Below, in pieces: positions 39,001-49,176 of a DNA stretch of 64,000 bases. The DNA lies in the NCBI GenBank assembly GCA_965223845.1, contig CBDCXR010000004.1:5664001-5728000 (forward strand), in the 5' to 3' direction. The stretch comes from Planctomycetota bacterium (GTDB taxonomy: Bacteria > Planctomycetota > UBA8108 > SXIK01). The notes under the pieces were generated by a model. It saw only the letters and a list, made by a program, of their open reading frames with translations. It had not been told where the DNA came from and did not search any database. A program made the translations under genes and the position numbers. Numbering within the stretch: the stretch's first letter is position 1; each line of letters opens with the position of its first letter.

Positions 39001-40565
39001 CGATCACGGCCGCGGCGGACGGACGACTGTGGATCTCCGACGATCATCGCGACGAGATTTGGTCCGTCGACGCCGCGAGCGGACTCGCTCGGCGAGAGAT
39101 CGCCTTCCTGAGCCCCGAGCGCCCACTCGAGCTGAGTACCGGTACGCTCACGTTCTCCCCTGACGGAAAAGAGCTCATCGTCGGAGAGCATCGGCGTGAG
39201 GGCGGACGGCTCTGGATTTTTCGCGACGATCCGACGACCGACAACCGTCGCCCCGTCGCCCGCATCGCCGAAGCTCTCGAGTCGCCCGTCGTCGTACGGA
39301 TCGGGGACGGAGCCTCTCTCACGCTCGACGGAAGTGATTCCGACGACGGCGACGGCGGCACCCAATCACTCTCGTTTCGCTGGACTCGGATTCGCGGCCC
39401 CGAGAGCGTCGCCATCGAAGACGCAGATCGTTCGACCGCAATCGTGCACTTCAGCGAACCCGGCGTGTACACCTTCGCGCTCGAAGTCGACGACGGCCGT
39501 GCTCGTCTCGGTCGGCACTCGACACAGATCGTCGTCTACGCGACGAACCAGCGGGCGGAGATCTCCGGACGGGCGGACGGACGATCGACGCGTTTCGACC
39601 GGGAGCATCTCGTTCGCGTCCTCCCGAAGGCCGCCGAGGTCGCCTTCGATCCGACGGACAACGCTCTGTACGCGATAGCCGACCGCGGTGCGGAACGCGG
39701 CGGCGGCGTTTATCGCATCGAGCGTCGGGGAGATTCCTACCGGATCGAAGATCGACTGATCGTTCAGCACAAGTACCAGGGGATCTCCTTTACGCCGAAC
39801 GGAGATCTCTGGCTCGTACGGGACCGCGAAGGCCCTCACTTAGTCGCCCTCCGCGCTCCGCTCACTCTCGCCCCTCACCGGATCGACCCGGTCATTTGGA
39901 ACTTCGGGAAGCCGGCCGACGACGACCCGCGGATCTTGGTCACCGTTCCCCCGGGATTCGTGAGCGATCGAGTGAGCCCGGGCGACCTCATCATCGGGGA
40001 CTGCGGCTTCGACACCGGATTCGGACAGTTGCGCCCGGGCGACCGCGAGGCGCTTCATGTTTACCGTCCCCGCGGCGCCGAAGCAGATGCTCGTCACGAC
40101 CTCCGAGCGTTCGATTCGCTCTTCGTCCCGCCGGACTCCCTCCGCGCCTACCACGCCCATCAACTCACGGACCTCGCTTTCGCAAGAGACGGTGCTGCGC
40201 TCTACGCACTCTACAAGAGTGGGCAGCTCATCGAGATCGATCCCCGGGGCGAAGTCGTGCGGGAGGTGCGAGCGATCGATCCGCTGACGCGCGTCGAAGG
40301 CACGGGGGCGAAGGCGCTCGCCGTCGACCCACTCGACGGGCGAATATGGATCGCGCGCGAGGTGTTCGATTCGGCGCCGCACCTGCTCTCTCTCGATCCT
40401 CAGACGGGAGAAGAACGAGTGGAGATCGTCTTCTACCGGGACGGGGCCCCTGCGTCCGAGCAAGCGCGCTTCCCTTCGCCCTCGCTGCGATTCTCGCCCG
40501 ACGGGCGACTCGTCGTCACGGACGCGAGCGGTTGGTTGTGGATCTTCGAAAAAGCGGGCTCCTAG
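36018..40565 (+). CDS. membrane Ser/Thr protein kinase with TPR, duplicated beta-propeller and PKD regions
   Basis: ARGGVGVVY, AIK, HRDLKPSN, DWG, GTPAYMAPE, SDVFGLG; TM segment IALAATVVVAVSLVATVWV; two homologous AFDP...ADDDP...PPGF...PGDLII domains. Confidence 0.92.
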   Translation: MSEGNTHESPDRSDQIEGGLRAAFGPETETDGIGAASVLRRLRNSGASVPQVSLRDLEEEPVRRIRTRPGEKGIPDRLGRYQLLGEIARGGVGVVYKARDVDLGRYLAIKILLEKHRGRPEMTHRFIEEAQIAGQLQHPGVAPIHELGIIDSDLPYFAMRLINGRTLSALLRERPSALDDRSRFLAVFERVAETLAYANARGVIHRDLKPSNIMVGAFGEVQVMDWGLAKVLAQGGVADEERAFPAESAAGSSIKTIRSGSTISDSVAGSVLGTPAYMAPEQARGEIGLVDERSDVFGLGAILCEILTGEPPFTGSSNEEVHRRAKAGDLGGAFRRLAESGADEELVDLATRCLAVDRFARPRDAGVVSREAAAYRTSLDERARRSELEAAEARVKALEERKARRRTIALAATVVVAVSLVATVWVSARRREDSIKDEETRAVERELGSAKDHWETAKSVEAFRAAEWRRAVEAARRANELVTERVDDSLRTESVELFRQVDAEGRLLEQLEEIRLEHADDPNWGSREPGYGDAFREFGVEVDVEWSNAGPVIEELRATGIGPQLASAFDHWAMARRRIATAAPETWKRLLRVARAIDPDPWRSQLRTSFENDNLEELRRLARRKELLETAPPSTIVLLASSLIAADRREDAEILYWRAWQRHRDDFWINHGLGYLALTDPQPRHDEALLYFTAALVLRPHSAHALRDYGVILQRLGKDSGAKTALGESLSSERNRTTNAVAWSQGTTRIETDRFSSVQMVALEGGPWGDAAFDPKDSETFFVGARLPAQRDDGIYRVRRRGGEWIASDKILTGSFPSDLSFGPDGALWIARTIKPYVYRVTNPGQPASQVVKRIIEEFQTNADDDPIALAFAPPGFDGPAARPGDLIIADTAVDDQLAPRRLGIATSLAKCFYAFTPSGGDVAPDSSSYRRFLVRPETLRSYFPYYLTDFTFSRDGASLYALFAQGRILEFDAAGRLVREIPVQGDVVFGHATAITAAADGRLWISDDHRDEIWSVDAASGLARREIAFLSPERPLELSTGTLTFSPDGKELIVGEHRREGGRLWIFRDDPTTDNRRPVARIAEALESPVVVRIGDGASLTLDGSDSDDGDGGTQSLSFRWTRIRGPESVAIEDADRSTAIVHFSEPGVYTFALEVDDGRARLGRHSTQIVVYATNQRAEISGRADGRSTRFDREHLVRVLPKAAEVAFDPTDNALYAIADRGAERGGGVYRIERRGDSYRIEDRLIVQHKYQGISFTPNGDLWLVRDREGPHLVALRAPLTLAPHRIDPVIWNFGKPADDDPRILVTVPPGFVSDRVSPGDLIIGDCGFDTGFGQLRPGDREALHVYRPRGAEADARHDLRAFDSLFVPPDSLRAYHAHQLTDLAFARDGAALYALYKSGQLIEIDPRGEVVREVRAIDPLTRVEGTGAKALAVDPLDGRIWIAREVFDSAPHLLSLDPQTGEERVEIVFYRDGAPASEQARFPSPSLRFSPDGRLVVTDASGWLWIFEKAGS

Positions 40566-40677
40566 GCGCTCGGCGCGGAGAAAGACTCCGAACTCGCGCG
40601 CGACCCGGCTCGATTTGAACTGGAGGCTGAGCTCCACGCGAAGCGGTGAGCGCAATTCGTCGCCGGCTGCCTCGAGC

Positions 40678-43125
40678 CTACGCTCCCGGCGCCACCGGCG
40701 ACTCGGGCGTTCCATCCACCTCGACCGCATCGCGCACCGGCGCGAGCCAGAGACTCTCGATGAGTCGGTCGCGCTCGGGCGAGTCGGGCAGTCGGTCGCG
40801 CGCGTCGTAGGCGATTTCCTGCGCGCGCTCGATCGGCGCTTCGCCGCAGAGCGTCTTCGCGAGCTCGATCACATCGAGGGCTTCGACCACGTGTTCACTC
40901 GTCGGCTTCTCGACGAGTGTCTCGACGGCCTCGGCGATCATTCCCGCGAACACCTCGCGCGCAAACGATCGATCGACTTCGTAGCCGCGCTGCTCGATCT
41001 CGCCGGCGATGCTGAGCGCGCGTTTGTAGTCGGTCGGCTGACGGCTTCGGTTCTGCCGGCGGATCGCGTCCTCGAGCCTCTTTCCGAGAGTGAACTCCGC
41101 CGCAACGCGGAGCTCGGGCGGGATCTCGAAGCCGGCCGACTGAAGCATTTCCAGCGTGCGATGATGGTCTTCGTAGAGGTGCGCGTACTGCTCGGAGAAA
41201 TGCTGGATGAGATTTCCGAAGACGATCTCGGAGATCGATTGCCGCCCCTCGGGAAGAACATGCTCGAGACCGTACTCATCGGGGCCGAACTCCTCCTGCG
41301 CGATGCGAAGAAGCCGCGGGAGCGAGTCGCTCCGGAAACTCTTCCACAGACGCGACGTCGCCTTTCGCAGTCGATCCGCGCCGGGGAACGGCCGAACGAG
41401 GCAATAAAAATCGACTCCGCCAAAGTGAACGGCGGCGAAGACGGCGTCGAGCTGCTTTCCCGTTCGAATCGACTCGAGATACGCGCGGCCCGTCGCAAGC
41501 GTGAGTCGGCCGAGCTTCTCCTTGCGGAAGCTCGAGATCTGATACGAGTAGTCGCACGTTTCGCCGCGCGGCTCGACCGCCGCAACGAGGCTCGAGAACG
41601 CTAGGTGCGCCGTGATTCCCCGCCGCGTGAAGCGCGAGCGCTCGACGAATCGCCGGTAGATGTCCGCGCCGTTCCCGAACTCGGGGATGTTGCTCTCCGC
41701 CTCCGAAAGGAGCTCGAGGAACTCCTCTTCCGGAGAAGCGTATCCGAGCTCTTCGGCGAAACCGATCGCCCGCCCGGCGTACTTGAGGATCTGCAGCGTC
41801 TCGATGCCTGAGACGTCATTGAAGAACCAGCCACAGCTCGTGTACATGAGCTGCGCGTTTCGCTGAAGCTCGAGGAAGGTGAGCGCGCGCACGCGGTCGT
41901 TCGCGCGGAGATGTTTCGTCGCGTGCGAGCGAAGAAAATCTTCGGGGTGAAGTTTCCGATCGAGGAAGAGATCGATGTAACCGTTCCGCGCCGCCCACGG
42001 ATCGATGAGGAGCTCGCTCCCGTCGCGCTCGAAGACGTTCGCGGCGAAATCCCGAAGCTGATCGAGCGCCGCGCGGAGCGGCCCGCGCCACTGCTGGTTC
42101 CAGCCTTTCTGTCCGCCGGTGTGACAGCCGCAATCGCGACACCATCGCCCGACGCCGTGCGCGCAACTCCACGCCGTCCCTTCGCCGTCGGGTCCGGACT
42201 TGATCTCGACCTCGAGCGTCGGCGGATGCCGCTCGAGGTACTCGCCGTAGTTCGTTACCCAGAATCCGCGCGCGGGCGCCTCGACGTCGAGCGCGTACGC
42301 GAGTGAGCGATCGCCGAAGTGCGCGTGGTGGCCGTAGCTTTCGCCGTCGGTCGCGGTCTGCACGATGCGCCCCTCGCCCCCGTGGGCGCGAGAGAGGAGA
42401 TCGACGAGCGCCTGACTCGAGCTCAACCCACCTTCGAACGCGATCGCGCGCGCGATCGGCGCGTCGTAGAAGAAGATCGCGATCGACCGGCCCGATCCAT
42501 CCTGGTGGAGATACCTGTACGCGACTCCGGGATCGACGGATCCGTCGGAGACGTCCACCCACGCGCCGCCCGGCGTCCGAACGCGCTCAGCTTGGTAGGG
42601 CGAGAGGATGACGTAGGCGAGTCCCGCATCGATGAGATCGTCGAGCGTCGCCTGGTTGCACGCCGTCTCGGGAAGCCACATCGATTCCGGCTCGCGTTTG
42701 AAGCGATGCCGAAAGTCGGCGAGTCCCCACTCGATCTGCGTTTTTCGATCGCGGCCGTTCGCGAGCGGCAGGATGACGTGGTTGTAGGCCTGCGCGATCG
42801 CGTTTCCGTGGCCGTTGTGGCGCGCGCGGCTCTCGCGATCGGCGTCGAGGATGCGACGGTAGACGTGCGGATGCCGCGCCTCGATCCAGGAGAGAAGCGT
42901 CGGGCCGAAGTTGAAACTGATATTTGCGTAGTTGTTCGCGATGCGAGAGACGCGACCGTAGTGGTCGACGATGCGCGCGAAGGCGTTCGAGCGGTAGCAC
43001 TCGGCGAGGATGCGCTCGTTCCAGTCGCGAAACGGAGCTGCGCTCGGCTCGCGTTCGACGGCTCCCGTCCAAGGGTTCTCGCGAGGTGGTTGATAGAAGT
43101 GACCGTGAACGACGAGTGCAGTCAT
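40678..43125 (-). CDS. glycoside hydrolase family 57 protein with DUF3536-type C-terminus
   Basis: HGHFYQPPRENPW, SFNFGPTLL, WLPET, TDGESYGHH, TAWSCAHGVGRW, MYTSCGWFF. Confidence 0.9.
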   Translation of the reverse strand: MTALVVHGHFYQPPRENPWTGAVEREPSAAPFRDWNERILAECYRSNAFARIVDHYGRVSRIANNYANISFNFGPTLLSWIEARHPHVYRRILDADRESRARHNGHGNAIAQAYNHVILPLANGRDRKTQIEWGLADFRHRFKREPESMWLPETACNQATLDDLIDAGLAYVILSPYQAERVRTPGGAWVDVSDGSVDPGVAYRYLHQDGSGRSIAIFFYDAPIARAIAFEGGLSSSQALVDLLSRAHGGEGRIVQTATDGESYGHHAHFGDRSLAYALDVEAPARGFWVTNYGEYLERHPPTLEVEIKSGPDGEGTAWSCAHGVGRWCRDCGCHTGGQKGWNQQWRGPLRAALDQLRDFAANVFERDGSELLIDPWAARNGYIDLFLDRKLHPEDFLRSHATKHLRANDRVRALTFLELQRNAQLMYTSCGWFFNDVSGIETLQILKYAGRAIGFAEELGYASPEEEFLELLSEAESNIPEFGNGADIYRRFVERSRFTRRGITAHLAFSSLVAAVEPRGETCDYSYQISSFRKEKLGRLTLATGRAYLESIRTGKQLDAVFAAVHFGGVDFYCLVRPFPGADRLRKATSRLWKSFRSDSLPRLLRIAQEEFGPDEYGLEHVLPEGRQSISEIVFGNLIQHFSEQYAHLYEDHHRTLEMLQSAGFEIPPELRVAAEFTLGKRLEDAIRRQNRSRQPTDYKRALSIAGEIEQRGYEVDRSFAREVFAGMIAEAVETLVEKPTSEHVVEALDVIELAKTLCGEAPIERAQEIAYDARDRLPDSPERDRLIESLWLAPVRDAVEVDGTPESPVAPGA

Positions 43126-43507
43126 GATGGCCTATGCGCTGAGTTCGTTTGCCGCGCACGGAGCGCGATATCGAGCAGCGTTCGGGGTTCGATTCGGAAG
43201 TGCGACAAACGACGGCTCGCACGCGGCGAACCGATCGAAGCGGCGGAAGACTTCCAGTCCGCCGTTCGCACCAGATTCTACTACGACACGGTGAGACGAG
43301 AACCGAGCATCGGATCCGTCGACTCCTTGATCCTCCATGTGGTCCGAACGCCGAAGCCGTGAGTGCGGCGCCACGTCGCGGTCAGTTCCCGCCGATCTCG
43401 GATTCAGCCGAGCGCAACGAGCGCGGAGAACGCGATGCATACGGCGGCGCTGGACAACGGCCGCAGTCCACGTCTCCGCTTTCGTCGATCGCGCGCGTCG
43501 ATGCCGG

Positions 43508-45166
43508 TCAGTCGTCCACTTGCCAGGGACAGCGTGCGCCGGCGACGAGGTCGAGGAGCCCGGCGAGCGGAACACCGACCCACGCCGGGCGGTGCTCGAG
43601 CTCGTAGCGGAGCTCGTAGCCGGCCTTCTCGATCGAGAGCACGCGCAGCCAACGGTCGAAGACGTCTCTTTTATCGGGCAAAAACCCCGCGGCCTTTGCG
43701 TTTCTCCAGTAGGCGTCGACAAACGTCGACGCGACGCCTCGCTCCCAGCCGCGCATCCAGCGCCCCTCCCGGCTGCGGTCGCCCCAGCCGCCGCTTATCG
43801 GACGATCGCCGCGGACGCGCGCGGCGTAGCCGAAGGATCGGACCATCCCCGCGACGTCGCGCAGGGGAAACGCTTTTCCTCGGCGTTCGGCGAGAGATCG
43901 GCTGGGCTCGCCCTCGAAATCGATGATCCAGAGCCGCTCGCGCGCACTCGAAACCAGAACCTGACCGAGATGAAAATCCCCGTGGACGCGAAATCGCTGC
44001 GCGGGTTGCCACGCGCCCTCGAGATCGCCGACGGCATCGGCGATCTCGTCCTCTCGAGAGAGAGCTTCGAGGACATCCTGTCGGACGGGTGAGGGGAGAT
44101 CGTCGAAGCGTTCGCGGAGTCGATCGAGCGACTCGAGGACCTCGCCTGCGATGCGTTCGGCGTCGGCCGCGAGATCCGCGCGCGTGATCGCTTCGGGAGC
44201 GAACTCGGGTGCCTCCGCTCGAAAGAGCGCGCGATGCATCTCGGCGGTCGCCACGCCGAGCTGCTCCGCGAGCTCGGCTAGGGGGCCGAGCTCGGCATCG
44301 GCCGAATGGGCGCGTCGCCCGAGGTAAGCCGATGCTTCGCTGAGAAAGACGCCCCACAGATCTTCGCTCGCCGGGAGCGCCTCGAGCGTAACGGCAACAA
44401 CGCCCGACGCCTCGACGGTGTTCCGCGCTCGACGCTGGCTCGGCGACCCCGATCCCGCCGCCTCCCGCCGTTCGATCACTTCGCCGATTCGCGGAGCGGC
44501 CGAAAACCCGCGGCGCTCGAGCTCTTCGAGCATCTCGACTTCAGGATGCGAGCCGGCGTTCCACCGGCGAAACAGCTTGAAGAACCTTCCGCCCACGATC
44601 GCGGCGCTGTTCGACTGCTCGCTCTCGAGGACTCGCGGAGAAGCGGCGCGATCCCCGCTTGCGGACAGGTCTCCGACTCTTCTCGTCGCGAACGCCGAGC
44701 TCACCGATCCGGAGCTGAACTCACCGCGAACGAGACTCTCGTAGAAGGCGCGCGCGTTCGATCCAGTCGCGAACGCGTCGATGAGAACGCGGCCGTCCGC
44801 GAGCCGCGCCAATTGAAAGCGTCTGGGAACTCCCTCCACGCTCTCGGCGAGGACGAGCGGGACGACGTAGGTCTCGGGGTCCGAGTGTTCCGCCTCGACT
44901 GTGACGAAGAGTACGACCGAAGGATCCCCGTCTTTCGCCACCCGAACGAGTCCGTCGACGATGCGGGCGCAAAGCCGCTTCCCCGTCGCGCCGCACCAGC
45001 GCTGGACCGCGAGAAACGCGGGCAGCGCCGACCGAGCGAGGAACTCGCGGGCGGGCGGGGTGAGAAGCGCGGCCGGTGCGGCGGCTTCGCCGACGAGTCG
45101 TCGCGGAAGCTCGGGGAGCTCGTCCTCGACGATCGAAGCGTTGGGACGCTCGGACTCGCTCGTCAC
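43508..45166 (-). CDS. maltokinase (Mak/Pep2)-like phosphotransferase
   Basis: AAGGAGG RBS before GTG 45166; EQSNS, FKLFR, RVHGDFHLGQVL, IIDFEGEP, LRDVAGMVRSF, KAGYELRYE. Confidence 0.85.
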   Translation of the reverse strand: MTSESERPNASIVEDELPELPRRLVGEAAAPAALLTPPAREFLARSALPAFLAVQRWCGATGKRLCARIVDGLVRVAKDGDPSVVLFVTVEAEHSDPETYVVPLVLAESVEGVPRRFQLARLADGRVLIDAFATGSNARAFYESLVRGEFSSGSVSSAFATRRVGDLSASGDRAASPRVLESEQSNSAAIVGGRFFKLFRRWNAGSHPEVEMLEELERRGFSAAPRIGEVIERREAAGSGSPSQRRARNTVEASGVVAVTLEALPASEDLWGVFLSEASAYLGRRAHSADAELGPLAELAEQLGVATAEMHRALFRAEAPEFAPEAITRADLAADAERIAGEVLESLDRLRERFDDLPSPVRQDVLEALSREDEIADAVGDLEGAWQPAQRFRVHGDFHLGQVLVSSARERLWIIDFEGEPSRSLAERRGKAFPLRDVAGMVRSFGYAARVRGDRPISGGWGDRSREGRWMRGWERGVASTFVDAYWRNAKAAGFLPDKRDVFDRWLRVLSIEKAGYELRYELEHRPAWVGVPLAGLLDLVAGARCPWQVDD

Positions 45167-45334
45167 GTCAGTCCCTCCTTCGAATTTCGACCCGCGTCCG
45201 AACAATGATTCTACTTCGGCGCCGCGCTTCCGAAGAGAGCGGCTCTCTAAGTTCTTATCGGCTGCAGCCGCCGCCGGCCCCTTGCCCTTCTTCCCCACCG
45301 GCTCCGTCGTCGCTCCTAGAGCAAGGGACAACGT

Positions 45335-46549
45335 TCACCCGAGGTCGAATGCCTGCGAAGCGCGATCGACGATCTCCTCGGCGATCGCGAGCGACGCGGT
45401 GGCGGCCGGCGACGGTGCGTTGACGACGTGCAGCGAACGCGGAGAGTCGGCGATGGCGAAATCGTCGACGAGCTCGCCCTTATCCGTGAGCGCCTGAGCG
45501 CGAACACCCGCTCCGCCCGGGCGCAAATCCTCGGCACGAATCTCAGGGACGAGGCGGGCGAGACCTCGTACGAACGCCGATTTGTTGAACGACCGATACA
45601 TCTCACCGATGCCCGTCCGCCAGTGGCGAAACGCTAGACGCCAGAATCCAGATGAGCCGACGAGCTCCCCGAGATCCTGCAGCCGAATATCGCGCCGCCG
45701 GTACCCCTCGCGTGCGAACGCGACGACGGCGTTCGGTCCCGCTTCGACGGACCCGTCGATCACGCGAGTGAAGTGCACGCCGAGAAACGGAAAGCGCGGA
45801 TCCGGGACCGGATAGATGAGTCCGCGGACGAGCTCGCGTCGTTCGGGAACGAGCTCGTAGTACTCGCCGCGAAAGGGGGCGATCGAGACGCCGGGGTCGA
45901 CTCCCGCGAGCCCGGCGAGACGATCGGACTGCAGCCCGCCGCAGGTGATGAGGTAGCGAGAGTGGACGACGCCGTCGTTGACGGCGAGAACCATCTCGCC
46001 TCGCTCCCCGCGGATCCCGACGACTTTCGCTCCGAGTCGAACATCGCTGCCCGTCTCTTCGAGCTCTCGCTTCAGCGTCTCGCACACGACGCGGTAATCG
46101 ACGATGCCGGCGCTCGGAACGAAGAGCGCTCGTGGTCCGCGCGCGTGAGGTTCGATGTCTTTCAGCTCCTCCGGACCGATCGTGATCGTCCCCGGAACAC
46201 CGTTCGCCGCCGCACGGCGAGCGAGCTCGTCGAGAGCCGGAAGCTCTCGCTCCTCGGTGGCGACGACGACCTTACCGCACACTTCGTGAGGAATATCGCG
46301 CGCGCGGCAAAACTCCTTCATGAGCTCCGCCCCGCGCACACAGTTGCGCGCCTTGCTCGACCCGGGGCGATAGTAGATTCCGGAATGGATGACACCGCTA
46401 TTGTGCCCGCTTTGATGCGCGGCGACGCGATTCTCCTTCTCGAGGAGAACCAGATCGAGGCTCGGGTGACGAGCGCGGAGTCGATGGGCCGTCGCGAGGC
46501 CGACGATCCCCCCGCCGACGATCGCGACGTCGTGAATCGGTCGCGTCAT
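45335..46549 (-). CDS. lhgO: L-2-hydroxyglutarate oxidase
   Basis: GGGIVGLA, HQSGHNSGVIHSGIYY, FRGEYY, IYPVPDPRFPFLGVHFT, GVRAQA, NAPSPAATASL. Confidence 0.93.
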   Translation of the reverse strand: MTRPIHDVAIVGGGIVGLATAHRLRARHPSLDLVLLEKENRVAAHQSGHNSGVIHSGIYYRPGSSKARNCVRGAELMKEFCRARDIPHEVCGKVVVATEERELPALDELARRAAANGVPGTITIGPEELKDIEPHARGPRALFVPSAGIVDYRVVCETLKRELEETGSDVRLGAKVVGIRGERGEMVLAVNDGVVHSRYLITCGGLQSDRLAGLAGVDPGVSIAPFRGEYYELVPERRELVRGLIYPVPDPRFPFLGVHFTRVIDGSVEAGPNAVVAFAREGYRRRDIRLQDLGELVGSSGFWRLAFRHWRTGIGEMYRSFNKSAFVRGLARLVPEIRAEDLRPGGAGVRAQALTDKGELVDDFAIADSPRSLHVVNAPSPAATASLAIAEEIVDRASQAFDLG

Positions 46550-47364
46550 CGGGACTCGTCCGGCGTCTTGTGGTAGCCGCGGCCGCGGACGAAGCGCGCC
46601 ATTCCCGCTTCGTAGAGGCCGCGCGGAACCGAGCGCAAAAGCTTGAGCGGGTACGTCAGTCGCCGCGGAAAGTGGATCTCGCGCTTTCCGCGCGCGAGTC
46701 CGTCAACGATGCGCACCGCCGCGCGCTCGGGCGACTGGAGGAACGGCATCGGGAAGCGATTGCGATCCGTCATCGGTGTCTTGACGAATCCCGGTGAAAC
46801 CGTCGTCAATTGGACTCCGCTCCCGCGTGTATCGACGCGGAGGCTCTCGAGAAATGTCGAAAGCGCCGCCTTGCTCGCGCAGTACGGGGCCGCGGTCGGA
46901 AGGCCGCGCACGGCGGCGATGCTCGAGACGCACGCGATGCGACCCGCGCCGCGCTCGAGCATCCCGGGGAGAAGCGCGGCGAGACCGTAGACCGCGCCGA
47001 AAACATTCACCGCGAAGATCCGTTCGATGAGATCGACATCGAAGTTCCTCTCGGGGAAAAACGAATCCCCGATGCCGGCATTGAGAATCGCGGTGTCGAC
47101 AGTGCCTAACGCGTTCTCTGCCTCCGCAATCGCCGCGGTTACGGCCGCCCGATCGCGCGCGTCGCCCGGCTGAACGAGATACGTCTTCGCCGGCGCGAGC
47201 GTCGCGAGCTCTCCGGCGAGCTCGCACAGCTTCTCTCTGCGGCGAGCGAAGAGAGCGACATCGCAGCCACGACGGGCGAGCTCGCGAGCGAGCGCCGCGC
47301 CGATCCCGCTCGACGCGCCGGAGAGCCAGACGCGCCAGCCGAGCTCAGAGGCGGCGCGAGCCAT
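46546..47364 (-). CDS. SDR family NAD(P)-dependent oxidoreductase
   Basis: SGASSGIG, NAG, catalytic YCASK, PGFVKTPM; overlaps the lhgO start (ATGA). Confidence 0.92.
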   Translation of the reverse strand: MARAASELGWRVWLSGASSGIGAALARELARRGCDVALFARRREKLCELAGELATLAPAKTYLVQPGDARDRAAVTAAIAEAENALGTVDTAILNAGIGDSFFPERNFDVDLIERIFAVNVFGAVYGLAALLPGMLERGAGRIACVSSIAAVRGLPTAAPYCASKAALSTFLESLRVDTRGSGVQLTTVSPGFVKTPMTDRNRFPMPFLQSPERAAVRIVDGLARGKREIHFPRRLTYPLKLLRSVPRGLYEAGMARFVRGRGYHKTPDESR

Positions 47365-47532
47365 GTGTCGCTACATCGAGTTTGGCCATGATTCAGCGAG
47401 GAGCGGGAGAGAGGGGGTCGCCGAAGACAAGCCGCGAGGAGGACGCCGCGCTGGACGGCCTCCTCGTCGGAACGCAGCGACGGCGTCGGCGAGTCTCGGA
47501 TTCCCGGAGGGTGATTCTCAACCCGAATCGAA

Positions 47533-49176
47533 TCACCGCTCCGGCGCGCGACGAGGAGTCACCGCGGGAACGGCCGTGTCCCGCGACCTCGCTCGGCGCT
47601 CGTACGTTCGCCCGGCATCGTCAGGATCATTCCGCGAAGCGAGTGCCTCGGCGTAGAGACGGTTGCCGCAGTCCGTCGGATAGCGCCCGGTGAGGCATCC
47701 GAGACAGAGCTCGTCTCGCTTGTACTCCATCGCGTCGACGAGCTCGGAGACAGTGAGGTACTCGAGGCTGTCCGTTTCGAGCTCTTCGGCGAGGCGCGCG
47801 ACGTCGCTCGGTCGGTGCTCGCCCTCGTCGTCGAGCTCGATGAACCGCGGCGCGAAGAGCTCCTTCACCGTGGACATGTCGATCCCATAGCTACAAGGAG
47901 CCATGATCGGCGGACACGCGACCCGCACGTGAACCTCCTTCGCGCCGCCCTTTTCGCGCAGCATCTTGACGATGACGCGAAGCGTCGTCGAGCGCACGAT
48001 GCTGTCCTCGACGAGGAAGACGCGCTTTCCCTTGAGGACTTCCGGCAGAGCGGTGAACTTTCGCATGACTCGCTCCTTCCGGTTCTGCCCCTCGATGAAC
48101 GTTCGCCCGACGTAGCGATTGCGAATGAGGCCTTCGCGCGACGGGATGCCGAGCTTGTACGCCATCGCGTCGCACGCCGCTTTCGCGGTATCGGGGACGG
48201 GCACCGCGACGCAGTCTTCGGGATCGACCGGATAGCGCTCCTTTGCCGCGAGTGCTTCACCGAGTCGGGTGCGCGTGAGGTAGACCGAGCGGCCGTTCAG
48301 GTTCGAAGCGACGTTCGCGAAGTACACGCCTTCGAAAAAGCAGAACGAGCGCCGGGGCGCCGTCGCAAAGGTCTCGCGATGGATTCCTTCGCGCGTGACG
48401 TGAATGAGCGTGCCCGGTGCGACGTCGCGGATCTCGTCGAAGCCGCGGTTCTGAAGCGCGATGCTCTCCGAAGCGGCCGCGAAGAGATTTCCCTTCATGC
48501 TGTAGCAGAGCGGGCGGAAGCCGTACGGGTCGCGCGCGAGGACGAGGTCGCCGGCGGCGTTGAGGAACGCGAGGCTGAACGCCCCGTCGATGTAACTCGC
48601 GACCTGCGCGAAGACCTGGCGAAAGGACGGCTTTTGATCCTGCTCGAGCGCATAACACAGATGATGCATCAAGAGCTCGGTGTCGCCGTCGCGGACGAGG
48701 TGATAGTCGCCCTTCCCGAGGAGCTGCTCGCGAAGCTCGTAGTAGTTCGCGATGTTGCCGTTGAAGCAGAACGCGAACCATTTCCACTTGCGACCGTGGT
48801 GAACCTCGAACGGTTGCGCGTTCGCGGCCTCCTCCTTGCCGCAGGTCGCGTAGCGCGTGTGGCCGATCCCCGCCCGACCGGTGTAGCGGCTCATGATGGC
48901 CTGGAACTTCGACGGGTCTGGGTGCGTGAGCTTGAAGACGTCGCTCACGCTGCCCACATCTCGGTGGGTGTCGATGATCTGCGCCTCGGCGGCGTTGTAC
49001 CGCGTGACGCCCGAGGAGAGCTGTCCGCGATTCTGCAGATCGATCAGCATGTCCGGGATCAACCGGACGGCGTTGAAGCTCTCGGGGAGGATGTCGCCGG
49101 GCGTCGCGCCCGGGAGGGGACGGTCGGTGCGGTAGACGGCAGCAACACCGCACTCGTCGTGAACAGGGTCGAGCAC
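47533..49176 (-). CDS. purF: amidophosphoribosyltransferase
   Basis: HDECG N-terminal nucleophile, QNRGQ, GHTRY, VEDSIVRSTT PRPP loop, Fe-S Cys residues (CSYGID, CLGC). GTG start inferred. Confidence 0.95.
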   Translation of the reverse strand: MLDPVHDECGVAAVYRTDRPLPGATPGDILPESFNAVRLIPDMLIDLQNRGQLSSGVTRYNAAEAQIIDTHRDVGSVSDVFKLTHPDPSKFQAIMSRYTGRAGIGHTRYATCGKEEAANAQPFEVHHGRKWKWFAFCFNGNIANYYELREQLLGKGDYHLVRDGDTELLMHHLCYALEQDQKPSFRQVFAQVASYIDGAFSLAFLNAAGDLVLARDPYGFRPLCYSMKGNLFAAASESIALQNRGFDEIRDVAPGTLIHVTREGIHRETFATAPRRSFCFFEGVYFANVASNLNGRSVYLTRTRLGEALAAKERYPVDPEDCVAVPVPDTAKAACDAMAYKLGIPSREGLIRNRYVGRTFIEGQNRKERVMRKFTALPEVLKGKRVFLVEDSIVRSTTLRVIVKMLREKGGAKEVHVRVACPPIMAPCSYGIDMSTVKELFAPRFIELDDEGEHRPSDVARLAEELETDSLEYLTVSELVDAMEYKRDELCLGCLTGRYPTDCGNRLYAEALASRNDPDDAGRTYERRARSRDTAVPAVTPRRAPER

